64,000 bases of DNA, taken from contig RBZT01000286.1 of the NCBI GenBank assembly GCA_003693705.1, positions 62,001 through 126,000 on the forward strand, written 5' to 3'. Origin of the DNA: Polymyxa betae A26-41. Its lineage: Eukaryota; Protista; Endomyxa: Phytomyxea. Of this stretch, positions 26,650-38,600 are shown piece after piece. The position numbers and the translations under genes are program-made. The notes under the pieces were generated by a model. That model was not told the origin of the DNA and did no database searches. It worked only from the letters and a program-made list of their open reading frames with translations. The stretch's first letter is position 1. Every line of letters begins with the position of its first letter.

Positions 26650-29293
26650 TTATTGGATCAGAGAAAGCATCGACGCCAACGAAGATAGCATGAACATCTT
26701 GCAGTCTCGAGACGCATCGGAACCGTTGTCGAGGTCAATAGCGCCGGCCGACAGGTTTTGCAGCATGTTCTTGTACGAATCCATAGCCAAGAAGGCAGCG
26801 TCTCGCGCGTGCTGATAGTCAAGTGAGGCGAAGTCGGATTTCAACTCAAACTGAAGTGCAGTCCAAGCGGATGCCTTGAAGTTCGCACGGATCATGAGTG
26901 CTGACTTCTTTTCAACTTCTGTGAACTTGGCAGTGTCCAACAGCGATCTAGCAGCAGCTTCGTCCTCTTGCTGATTCATCTTAGCAAACTCTGCAATCTT
27001 CATCTTGACCGCCTCATTTGTAGGAATCAGATCACGGCGAACGTTTTGGTTAGCGAAAGTATTAGCTGGGCTGGCAGCAGCTTGCGGATTTGCCGAGCCG
27101 ACTGAGTTGAGAGCGTCTTGCGAATTTGCTGGAGCAAATGTGTTAAGACTGTCTTGTGGATTCGCAGAAGCAAATGAGTTAACAGCGTCTTGTGGATTTG
27201 CCGAGGTAGATGGGTTTGCAGCGCTTTGGGGATCTGCAAAATTCTGAGTCATATCAGCCGGAGCGCCGTCTGCATCGGATTCGAAATCGTTGGGTGCGAT
27301 GTTGCTAAAGGATCCATCAACAAAGTTAGTGATAAAGTCTTTGATGTCGATGTCAGCACCGCAAATGGCGCGGAGCTGTTTCTTGAGATCGGTAAGTTCG
27401 TTTCGAAGAGATCCTGACTTGTCAACGAAGTCACTGTCGGCCGTGTTTAGATTATTAAGTTCCATTTGTTTCGAAATGATCTTCTTGCCAATCTCCTTTG
27501 CTTGCGACTGAGTGCCGGCATCAAGTTGAGAAAATTGCAAAGTAGACATCCTTCGCAGAGATTTTCGAGCTGCGTTGACATTACCACTGACGGAGCTGTC
27601 GACAAATGAAAATAGGAAATCGTTGACATCAGCGTTGGCACCAATAATGTTGTTGAGCTGTTGTTGGGCATTGTTGATATCGCGTTGGATTGTGTCAGAC
27701 TTGCCAACAAAGTTCTTATCGTTTCTGTCCAGGTTATTGAGTTCAGCTTGCTTTGAGATTATCTTTTTGCCGATCTCTTTCGCTTCAGATTGTCTTGCAG
27801 TGTCCAGCAAAGAAAACTGAGACGATGACATTTTCATCGACTTGTCATTATTCATAGTGCCGGACACGGAATTGTTACTTTTGAAGGAGCTGTCGACGAA
27901 CGAGGAGAGGAAGTTGCTGACATCAACGTCTGAACCAAGGATCTTCTGGAGCTGTTGCTGGCTGTTGCCGATTTCATTTTGCAGAGATTCAGCTTTGGCA
28001 GCGTAATTCTTGTCGTTCTTATCAAGCTTGTTAAGATCAGTTTCCTTTGAAATCAGACGCTTGCCAAATTGTTTTGCATCGGCTTGCGTTTTGACATCTA
28101 GTGAAGAGAAGTCTGCAGTTGATAGCTTTTTAACGCCCGTCGAAATCGAAGAGCCAGTAGAACCACTTACGGAAGAGGATCCCGAAGGGCTGCCAGGACT
28201 TGATGTAATTGCCCCATTGCTCGTCAAAGCGTTTGATAACCCCGGGTTTCCAGAAACACTAGTAGAAACTGAAGAGTCAGAAGTGTTCAGCAATCCCGGT
28301 GTACTCAGTAATTTCTTTGTGAAATCGGAAGAGCTTGGGGCACCACCAGTGCTCGTGTTAGCTGGGGAGCCATTGCCGGATGAAGACAGAGTCGATCCCG
28401 GGTTGGTTGTGTCTGCACTCGGGATATTGGTATCGACCGCATCACCGCCACCATGAGTGCTGCTAACGAATGTGTCAACATCAAAATCGGATCCAGCAAT
28501 GGATTTGATGCTAGATTTCAGCTTCTGGATTTCTTCAGTTTTCGCTTTGAACTCCGGCGTATTGCCTTTGCCTTGAGCCTTCATAGTGCGGCGTTGCTGT
28601 TCCAACGAAGCACACTGCTTCCCGATTTGATTGCATTTAGCTTGCTGACTGGACGATAAATGACCGAGGCCAGTCTTGCCAGGAGATCCGCCGCCAGCAC
28701 CAGGTTTGCCGGGAGAGCCAGCACCGGGTTTGCCGGGAGAACCAGCACCAGGTTTGCCGGGGGAGCCAGCATCAGGCTTGCCGGGGGAGCCAGCATCAGG
28801 TTTGCCAGGAGAGCCAGCACCAGGTTTGCCGGGAGAGCCAGCACCAGGTTTGCCGGAGTAGCCAGCATCAGGTTTTCCAGGCGAGCCACCACCAGGTTTG
28901 CCGGGGGAGCCAGCATCAGGTTTGCCGGGAGAGCCAGCATCAGGTTTGCCGGGAGAGCCAGCACCAGGTTTGCCAGGAGAATCGCCGCCAACTCCAGCAC
29001 TAGGCTTGCCAGGGGAACCGCCGTCAGCTCCAGAGCTAGGTTTGCCGGAAGCGCCACCACCGCCACCGCTTTTTGGGGCGCCACCACCGCCACCAGAGCT
29101 ACCACCACCGCCAGAGCCTGCAAACAATTGAGATTATATCATAGATATTTAGGGGAATCCAACCATAGCTGCTAGTTAATGCTTCAAACCGTTTGATATT
29201 TCTTGGACGGATGGAACATTGAACAGGCAATATGACCAATGCAATGATACAGACATATATCAATGCTTTAAAGAAAACTCGGAGAGGAGACAT
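26650..29293 (-). CDS. Secreted repetitive protein (~860 aa): signal peptide, Gly/Ser/Pro octapeptide repeats, 3-4 ~90-aa helical repeats
   Basis: Exon 1 MSPLRVFFKALIYVCIIALVILPVQC is joined by a GT-AG intron (~29118-29163) to the 825-aa ORF. Confidence 0.85.
28693..28980 (-). repeat. Coding tandem repeat, 12 x 24 bp (SPGKP[G/D]AG)
   Basis: Repeated ggtttgccggg(a/g)gagccagca(c/t)ca units. Confidence 0.95.
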
Positions 29294-29735
29294 GACAAAA
29301 AGTAGTAATAAAGATCCTTATGGAATGATAATCTCAATTCCGATGTTTTCAAAAAAAGTGCTGTCAGGGAATTCCCTTTTTCAGAATGAGCAAAGCGTCA
29401 GCAAGATTCTCGAAAACATCCGAGTTGCATGAATCATCATCCTTCAGAACCCGACAGTATTCACGGCCGGATGCAGCACAGAACGCATGAATCAATCGTT
29501 AAGACCATGCTGCTCACGATAAAATAGCTTGCTGAAGGCCAACAGTTTCTTTGATCAGGAATTATGTTGCATATTCAAGAGGGATTGATTCTAAGATCTG
29601 ATACACATCTCAAGATGCTAATGTGCTCACATCACTATAGTTCTAAGCTATTCATTTCTAGCTCACAATAACCACTGAATGCTTACGGTTGAATAACATG
29701 TAATAGGTTTTACTTAATTATTGGGAACGGCTTCG

Positions 29736-30075
29736 CTATATCGTTCGCTTCTTTGTAGAGATATAACTGACTGTGAGTCACCTTAGTGAAAGCCAAAATT
29801 GTTAAATCCGAGCCATTTTACCATTGTTTCCACGAATAAATGCATCTCCAAACTTTGTTTTAAGTTGATCATCCATATATTCCTCGGTTTGTTCCATTGC
29901 AATGTTCATGTACCCGTCAAGACAAGCCAGTATACCTATAGAACAGTCAAAACCTCGTGGTACAACCGAGAGGAACAGCATCCATGCCTCGATACTCGAC
30001 GCCTGAATTGAGTTTGACCAGAACAGGTCTGCCCAAGACAGCCTGGAGGAAATCGGACGGCGACTTCTTACTCAT
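29736..30075 (-). CDS. LSM6: Sm-like protein LSm6 (3 exons)
   Basis: MSKKSPSDFLQAVLGRPVLVKLNSGVEYRGILACLDGYMNIAMEQTEEY...KFGDAFIRGNNVSYIS assembled manually. Missed by the ORF track. Confidence 0.93.
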
Positions 30076-30723
30076 GCTTGAAACGACAGTAGAAAAATTT
30101 GCGTATGAGCAGCTCGATTTGAGGATTTTTCAGGCTAACAGGTAATCGGATGAATTCGATACAAGCGAGTTTCTGACAAAATGTTTTGATGGAAATTAAA
30201 CAGATATAATAAAGGAGAGACGTAATACCAGAATAACTGGGCTGAATTAAGGATCACCACGGTCAGTTTGTCATTAATCTGCTCTTTTAGATGTCAGGAG
30301 CAAAGTGTGTTTTTCGAACTACAGCTTTCAGCAACGAGAATGCTATTTTGACGAAACCATGAAAGCCGACTTCAGAGCCATCCTATCGTTTTTTATGTAT
30401 TCCGAAGCTCGGCGCCAACTTCGATTTCTTGAAACCTTCCTGGTTTTCTTGATATAAATTTCGGACTAACGTTTTCTAGAGCCGTTTTGCCGGTTGCAGG
30501 TAGCCGCAGGGATCGGTTTTTGAGCTTAGATGCGTTTAGGACATTGTCTGCTGTTATCCCACTGCTGTCCAGAAAGCTGGTTGTATATCTAGTAAAGTTA
30601 TATGATGCTGTTGGAGACCCTGTTCGCCATGATATATTGGAGGATTCTATTCAATTTAGGACCTGAGAGGTAAGCTGCTCCACGACGCCATATTATTGTT
30701 GGAGATATTGTGCGCTCAGCCGA

Positions 30724-31876
30724 ATGACGCCGTCGCGGCTGACAGACGATGGAGCCGTCCAGGATACGGCCAACGATGCCGTTCAAAGTAAAGCGTCAGC
30801 GGCGGCACTGAACTACTTCCACGACCCATACGTGCAACTGATGTGTAAGCGAGCGCCCCGGCGTGCACCGCTCATCAATCGCGGCTATTATACCCGGGTC
30901 GCTGTTATTCGTGATCTGGCGCGCGATTTTGTTCGACAATGTCGCCAAGACCAGGTCCAATGTCAGATTATATCGTTGGGGGGTGAGATTGAGTATCTTC
31001 GCCCCATGGCCTCTTAAATAATTCGATCTCTAGGGGGATTCGACACTCTGCTCTTCACGCTTCGCGATGAAGATCTGGCGCCTGACGTCTATATCGAAAT
31101 CGATCATGCAGAAGTAATCCAGCGAAAACATCGCATGTTACAGACAATCCCGGTATTGTCTAATGCTGTTGGAGGCACAATGACCCGAACCGACAGTGCT
31201 GTGATATCGGTTTCATCGCAATATTACCTGCTGAGTGCCGATCTTCGTGATATTCCAGCTCTGGACGCCAAACTCGACCAGATTCCATTGAATTGCCAAC
31301 ATCGAACACTGTTTCTAAGCGAGTGTGTCCTGGTATATATGCAAGCGAGCCAGGCCGATGCCATTTTAAAATGGGCTAGGAATCGTTTCGGTGATGCTCT
31401 TGGCGTTTTTTTTATCCAGTTTTTTAAACGTGTTGACAGATGCTTCTTCGGTTTTCGTGTTGTACGAACAGATCCTGCCTGATGACCCGTTTGGGCAGAC
31501 AATGTGTAATAATCTTCAGAAACGTGGATGCCCATTGCTGTCCATACATGCTCATCCGACTCTGGAAGCTCAGCAGCAGCGTTTCCTTGACGCAGAATGG
31601 GCCCGTGCCCATGCACTGGATATGAATGTTATTTATGTAAATGATCGGCGTTATCTTGTTGCTCGGATATGGGAAATTTAATGATGGTGTTAGGAACGTG
31701 TTATAGACCGAACCGATATTGGGAGAATAGAGAAATTGGAGCTGTTTGATGAATTTGAAGAATGGCATTTGATTCAAGCACATTATTGTGTTGCTGTAGC
31801 TATTTCATCAATGAACAATTTCACATCTGGGATCTTTGCCAAGTTCTCCGCCTTCGCTTGGCCAATGAAGTCATAA
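30724..31876 (+). CDS. LCMT1: Leucine carboxyl methyltransferase 1
   Basis: AVQDTANDAVQSKASA, PLINRGYYTRV, QIISLG-GFDTL, TLFLSECVLVYM, YEQILPDDPFG, ELFDEFEEWHLIQAHYC. Confidence 0.93.
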
Positions 31877-32571
31877 ATTTGTCAAGGTGGTGGAATCTGC
31901 TTACATTCATTGTCGAAAGTGAAGGCGACGTCAGTTAATATCTTTCTATTATTTCATTTAATTGGTTGTCTGCTTGTAACAGTGTAATACAATGATTAGA
32001 ATAACCCAACTGACAATGAAAAAATATCTGTTTGAAACCTCATTTCTTCGCAAGAATGAAAGTCCAAACACGAGATGAGTTCAATGGTATGCTGACCGGC
32101 AGGCAGATGATAAAGCCGGCAAGTCAGTGTCGTGCAGAATCAGGTTCGAAACCTGTCGAGAACCCACCGCGAGTTACCATGTCTGATCAGCCCCAATACC
32201 AGATGGAGTACCGATTCGGCAATGAACATGACCTATAGTGGACTGCGGATTCCAAAACCGAATTCGAACAACTATTGAGACGAAGGACAGCTGGGAATGC
32301 TTATTGTCATGTTCGCGCGTGGTTGTCCCTGCCACAAACCTTAGAAGACGTCTGCCGATCTATGATTGCGTATGAGAGAGATACGAACCCGTTGACTGTA
32401 TTAGGGCTTCGACACGGTAAACTTGATCAGAATGGACACTGAGTGTAAGATCGAGGAGTCAGATCGCCCTATTTGTCTGTCTGTGTTTCTTCTATCATAT
32501 TGCGATCTCCGTGTCAATCTGCCTAATAGCACTGTGGAAATCGTTGTCTCTTGTTCTGGATACCCGTCGCA

Positions 32572-33162
32572 ATGGCTGTCGAATCTGATGCTGCCGCCCT
32601 GGCACCCACTTCTGTCCAGGACAAGTCTGGTGCCGCTCCTGGACAGCTGAAGGTTACGGAACCAGCCAAGCCGTTGAAGCAAGCCGTGTTCGTTCCGCTT
32701 TCCTCGCTGGAGCCTGATTGCGCTGGCTATAATTTGAAAGTTTGGCTGAACTTATTAGGAACGATGCAACTTTGTAACATTTATCCGCTAGGTTAAAGTA
32801 GTAGAAGCCAAGACTGTTGTTGATCGTTTGCGACCTGACGGAACCCGATACGTTATTGGTGAAGTATGATATCGCTTAACTAAGCGATTATGCTGTCTCA
32901 TATTATGTCTATCTAGGCTATCGTTGCTGACGAGTCTGCTTGCTGCACATTGACTCTGCGTGGCCCAGCTCAAGCGGAGCTTGCCAAACCTGGCACAAGC
33001 TTCGTTATTCGCAATGCCAAGACAGTCGTCTTCGAGGAGCACATTCGCCTTGTTATTGACCAGTTTGGTTTAATGACCGTCGACCCTAATCCTGCCGAAG
33101 GAATCAAACTCAACTTAGAAAACGATCTGTCGAAGGTCGCCTACGAGCTCGTTCAGGAATGA
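32572..33162 (+). CDS. Small single OB-fold nucleic-acid-binding protein (At4g28440-like type)
   Basis: LEPDCAGYNLKVKVV...AIVADESAC, VIRNAKTVVFEEHIRLVIDQFG, NDLSKVAYELV. Two introns. Confidence 0.8.
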
Positions 33163-33235
33163 TTTACTATTATAGTGATGATAAACTTTTAGTTGACAAG
33201 CTACATAGTTTGACTTGGCAATGTATTAGGATTTT

Positions 33236-33682
33236 TTAGATGGTGATAGCAGAAGGAGACACCTCAATCTGGCCGGCGATAGTGTCGAGCTCACGGCGAC
33301 CCTTGGAGGTGATCTGTCGGCCCTTCTTTTTGTCGTCCTGGGAGACGAGTTCAATGGCCTCTAGCTGCTGCATGATTTTGCGGTTAACACCCTGGGCGCC
33401 CTCGCCGAACACATTACGACGGGCACCACGGCGATTACGTCCGCCAAAGACCTTGCAGAATCCGCCGATGGATCCACCACGAAGGTAGACACGACGAGCG
33501 ATGGCGGCAGCTCGGATAAAGTACCAATCAGGGTTGTGAGGAGGCAGCTCTTTGTAGGCGCCGGTTTTGCAGTATTCGGCCCAAGCCGGGACCTTGATTT
33601 TGTCCGATTTCTTGAAGTGCTCGGCCAGAGCAACCACGAACTTGTCAGCAGGAACGTCCTTCACGAGCTTACCAACCGCCAT
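33236..33682 (-). CDS. RPS19: 40S ribosomal protein eS19
   Basis: VKDVPADKFV, KTGAYKELPPHNPDWYFIRAAAIARRVYLR, GRQITSKGRRELD. Intronless. Confidence 0.98.
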   Translation of the reverse strand: MAVGKLVKDVPADKFVVALAEHFKKSDKIKVPAWAEYCKTGAYKELPPHNPDWYFIRAAAIARRVYLRGGSIGGFCKVFGGRNRRGARRNVFGEGAQGVNRKIMQQLEAIELVSQDDKKKGRQITSKGRRELDTIAGQIEVSPSAITI

Positions 33683-34177
33683 CGTTACGAGAAAGCAATC
33701 GAATTTGGCCAGCGAAGTCCGTGACGGCGTCCGCTGTGTCCTAATTTATGATCTTCGGCCCTAATATCGCAGTTTTTCCTAATTCGAGTCTGAATTTTGC
33801 TGGGCAACATTTTTCTACATTTAATCGGCTTGCTCAATTGCAAACACGGGGAAAGCAGAAATACGAAGTTCAACACGAACCAGCTTTTTCCCTGAAGAAC
33901 GGATTTCTCGCTTTCTGTACATTGGAAGGCTTATGATTTAAATTAGAATTTGGCTCTAAAGTAAATAGGCCAGTCGCCAGTAAAAAGTATGTTTAATAAG
34001 AAGCGGCTGCGCCGCCTCTAAGCGCCCAGTTTGACTGAATACAGATACTTGACTTTGTCATTTCTTAATAATATCGTCTTTGTATTGAAGGCAAGAGCGA
34101 GACGATCGGCTCACCACCTGTGCAATTTGTAACTTTGGGGTCCTTGATCGGTCACACGATTAACACCTTCATTCTCG

Positions 34178-35460
34178 ATGGGAATTTCAGGATTGCTGCC
34201 ATTGCTGCGATCGGTCACCGATCAGGTTCATATCTCGACGTATGCCGATCAAACCGTAGCTGTCGATACTTATTGTTGGCTGCATCGAGGTGCTGTTTCT
34301 CACGCTTCTGCTCTTTGCAAAGACCCGAACGCTTCTGATTGTTACATTTCCTTCGTTCTGGGTCGAATTCAGCTTCTTCTCGATGCAAAAGTGAAACCCT
34401 TCCTTGTTTTCGACGGCGGTCTACTACCTTCAAAACAAGACCAAGAACGACTTCGCGCTGAGAAAAGACGAAGCAATTTGCAAAGCGCCATGCGTCTGGA
34501 ATCTTCAGGATTTAAAGCGGCCGCCGAACGCCATTACCGCCAAGCTCTTGATATAACTCCAATGATGGCTAAACGAACAATAGATGCTGTTGAGGCCAAA
34601 TTTAAAGATCGCGTGAGGCTCGTTGTGGCGCCGTATGAAGCTGACGCTCAGCTGACTTGGCTTGTTAACAACGGTCATGCTTCTGCAGCGCTTACAGAAG
34701 ATTCCGATCTGCTTGCCTTCGGTTGCGAGCGAGTATTGTTTAAGCTTGATGGAGCAGGGCGTGTAGATCAGATCTGCTTGAAAAATCTGGGTGCTTGTCA
34801 GCAGCTCGATCTGGCTCGATGGAGTCTGGCTGAATTTCAGCTGATGTGCGTTCTGAGTGGTTGCGATTATTTGGCATCACCCGAAGGGCTTGGGCTGAAG
34901 ACAGCTCACAAGCTGGTTGCTGTGAATCGGTCACCCACTCGTGTCGTCAGGAGACTTCGTCTTCAGGGCAAGTACAAAATCCCAAAGGATTACGCCAACA
35001 GGGTTGCTGAAGCCCTACTTACATTCCAGCATCAGGTCTGAACTGTTGTGTTTTTATGTTGAGCGCATGCTTTTTTCGGTCATCTATGCTTTCAGTTTCT
35101 GACATTTATCGATAGCGCGTTTACGACATCGTTAATAAGAGATTGGTTAATCTATATCCTTTGTCTGATAAAGTCGCTCTCCAAGTTTCACAGGACGATT
35201 TCCTCGGGCCTTACCTAGAGAGCGATGTTGCCACTGAGATAGCAAAAGCCCGCTTGGATCCCATTACACTGAAACCTTTCGCCGATATGAGCGTTCCCAA
35301 TTCGCCTACAAAATGTTTGCCTTCGTCAAGACAAATGATGCCAGAGAAACGCGTGTTTCAGAGCTGTTTTGTTCAGTCTGAACGCATTACACTAAGACGC
35401 CAATATGGGACCGTTCCACGAAATTCTCTGTTTTTTGAACAGTTTCTAAAATTTCATTAA
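34178..35460 (+). CDS. EXO1: Exonuclease 1 (XPG/FEN1 family)
   Basis: MGISGLLPLL, AVDTYCWLHRG, VFDGG.LPSK, VAPYEADAQL, TEDSDLL, LSGCDYL, TFQHQ|RVYD. One intron ~35036-35115. Confidence 0.95.
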
Positions 35461-35635
35461 AAATATATATTAAGTCATACGTTAATGTATTAAAACGATA
35501 AACGAACGAATTGGCTTCAAAGCAAGTTGCTTTTTAAAACAGAAAGGCAAGAACTTTGAAAGAAGCTGAGATAACTCATCTGAGGTGAGCTTATGCGGAG
35601 CGAGAAATGCAGTTTGATTTGTGGAAGACTAACAT

Positions 35636-38600
35636 TTAGCCTTCGGGCTGAACATCAAGACCATCAGGTCTTTTCAATATGGCTTTGACATCAAATTTCT
35701 TGCCGTCTTGGAAACCAAACGCTTGCACAGGAGCGTGCAGCGTTGGGGGCTGAGAATCGAAAGAAATCGAGTTTGCATCATGTAATGGCTGTGCTTGCGA
35801 CCAAGCAGAAGACATAGTTATTGCTGGATTGTTGTCAATGGCGTCAGGAATTGCCGGGATCGCTTCATCGTCTTGGAAACCATCTTGCTCGTTACCTTCG
35901 ATGTGATCTTGCGTTTGTTCTATCGGTAACTTGATTTTTTCGGCTTCAATTCTTTCGCCAATTCGTTCCTGTGTCGCTCGCATTCCGAGTTCACCAAATT
36001 TTTTTGCAGCCATTTTCAGCCCAGGCAGATCGCCTTTCAGCTCGCTCTTTAGAGCGTACCATATATCCAAATGTCGTTGGTTTGCAGTACAATGGTACCA
36101 TTCTTCAAGCAGGCTCCCGATCTCACTAAAAGCTTTAACTCTTGGATGAGATTCCAACCAATGGATCATCTGCATCATCTGGTCTAACACGAACGGTGCC
36201 TTCTCTTCAATGACGCCTTTCATTCTGTATTGCTCAGTTTCTGCTTTAAAGCGAGACAACGATCCACGTCCAGCAATCGGAATACGAAAGAAAAGATAAA
36301 CAGCACTGCAAGCGAAGACATTCAGGATGATCGGAAGGAGTAAGCTGAAGGGAATATCTGGCATCACAGACAAGTTCTTTAGAAGATCGAATAGGTCTAT
36401 GAAGTGACGAAACCCGAGGGGTAAATCGATTGGCTTTCCGATGCGTAGGCGAACGATGAACGACAAAGTTTGTGCCAGAACACTGACATCATCAAGTCTT
36501 GCTGGTACAACAGCGCCTAATACCCAAATAACGATGCGCTCGACGTACCAGCCAGACTTTGGTTCTTTTAAAGTTTGGCTCGATGAAGATACATCATGAT
36601 AGCATGATTTGATTCGCGCTATGTCATTCTTAGGCAGGCAGTCAATTTCATCGAAGGAATTTTGAATCTCTTGCTCGAGTCGCTGATGAAGATAATATCC
36701 TGGGCAGTTGACTGCGCATCGAGTGGGATAAGACTGCTTCTCAAGCCAGATCTGGAAGACCGCTTGTTTGACGTGTACAGATTGCACTGCCGGTATCTTG
36801 CTAATACAGCCGATGGCGCATCCGTGTTCGCTTAAGTTCATGAAATCTGTCGCCAGCTTTGCATATTTAGAATTTAGAGCGGATTGCTCCAAACATTTCC
36901 CAGATCGAGTGAGTTCTGCTAAAAGCTTACGCTCGTAGCCTGCACACTCGAAGCAAGCAATCGCCGCAGCTCCGTCACCGATTGAATGGAAGATTCTTGC
37001 AGCAACTGAGCGTAGCCCGCATTGATTACAAAAATGCCCAGCTGCTTCATTAAAGAGCATCGGGACAGATTGCACGTCAGCACGCTGCCATGATTCGTTG
37101 ATAATTTCAGTGATCGATTCTTCCACGAAATCAGCACCGAGCTCAAGAATCAATCCGGAGCATAATGCAAGCGTGAAAGTGGAAGCACCGGCATAGACTG
37201 AGCTTAAGATAGGGCTAAGATATGTATCCAGATCACCAGAATGAGCAGATTGCAGATCTTTGACAAGCTGATCGTCGAGACAATCGGATAATGACTTTAT
37301 AGTATCTTTGATGCGATCTTGCAAATATTTATGGCAGTTCTCTCTGGTTAAAAGTGAGCCTTTAACAACATATTTCGGTTTCGAAGGGGTTTTAGAACCG
37401 TTCGCTGCAGGGGATTTAGGACCCTTCGCTGCATTTTTCTTTGATTGTTTCCGAATATGAGATGACATTCGAGCTTTGGAATGAGATGCAGCAGGTGGAG
37501 CTCCGGAAACCGACTTGCAAGTTGAAGGGGCTTCAGAAACCCGACTGGAACAAATGTTTGGCTTATCTTTCAGTAAAGGCATTTCCCGTACATGGCATCG
37601 GATGAGATCGGAAAGAACTTCACCAAATAGTTTTCGCTGCGGCTCCGTCAACTCACAGGAAGCTCGAAGCAACTCATATAACCCTGCAACCCATCCAGGA
37701 TTCAAGCGCATTTGGAAGAATGCGATACCGTCATCAATCCATCCAAATTGAATCAAAACCGAAATAAATGCTGTCGTTAGCTTGCCAAATTCGGTCAATC
37801 TTGGGAACTCGTATGCTCCAACAGGAGAGGCTTGATTGAGCCTAATCATATAGTCTTCTAAAGACTTGCAAATGGCTTTAAACATCGTTGATCTCGTCAC
37901 CGGAACCAACCTCAGCAGCCGTGTAATAAGAAAGAAGTGTGAAGCGGTAAAGCTCGATAATGATATAATTGTTCGAGCTAACTTCAATACAATTTTGAGC
38001 GAGATATCAGGATTTAGGTCCTTTTGGAATTGTTCAAGCGCTTCACATGCTTTGTCAAATACGTCTGCGAACATGTAGCATTCGATGACTTCCTGTTCTC
38101 GGCCAGGAAGCAGTTTAGTGTACAAATCAGCAGCTTTCAAGAACTGTTTGGCATCATAAAGATAAGTTGCAGCTAATTCCATTTCGTTGATCTGGACCAA
38201 AAGTTCCGCTGCTTGATAAACATGGTCTGGACATCGAGATATCTCAAATTCCTTAATCAGAATTTTTGCTTCCAATCGTTTCACATTATCGAATTGTTCT
38301 GCTTTAAAAAAAGCATTGCGAGCTTCTCGAAGCAAGCCTGCACATTCATATTGCAAGGCCTTGCATGCCCATTCTTCAATACTGCTCGATCTGCTAAAGC
38401 TCATCTCGCTTTGTGTGGAAGTCCATTGGATCAAGTCCTTGAAGACTTCGACGTAAATTCCGGACTCCTCTTTCCCGCTATCGATAAACAAAAGGCGATG
38501 TTTACAGCGGGTCACCGCCACGTAAAGTTCCTTCAGAAAATGGCATAGTTCGTAATGCTTACGGAAGTCAAATTCCTGAACAACCGAGTTTGATGTGAAG

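Noticed and set aside
28693-28980. CRISPR-like periodicity
   Set aside because: Contiguous coding repeats without unique spacers, a eukaryotic context and no cas genes.
28581-29175. Long alternative-frame ORFs (LALPANL, ASTRFAG and collagen-like PGLPGEP repeats)
   Set aside because: These are shadow frames of the 24-bp coding repeat. Only the SPGKP frame links to a signal peptide and the rest of the protein.
32075-32170. tRNA-like T-arm/B-box caggttcgaaacctg (32141-32155) and a nearby gaaagtcc suggestive of RNase P/MRP RNA
   Set aside because: No matching acceptor stem, D-arm or anticodon arm could be built, and no proper P4 partner was found. It needs tRNAscan-SE/Infernal before any call.
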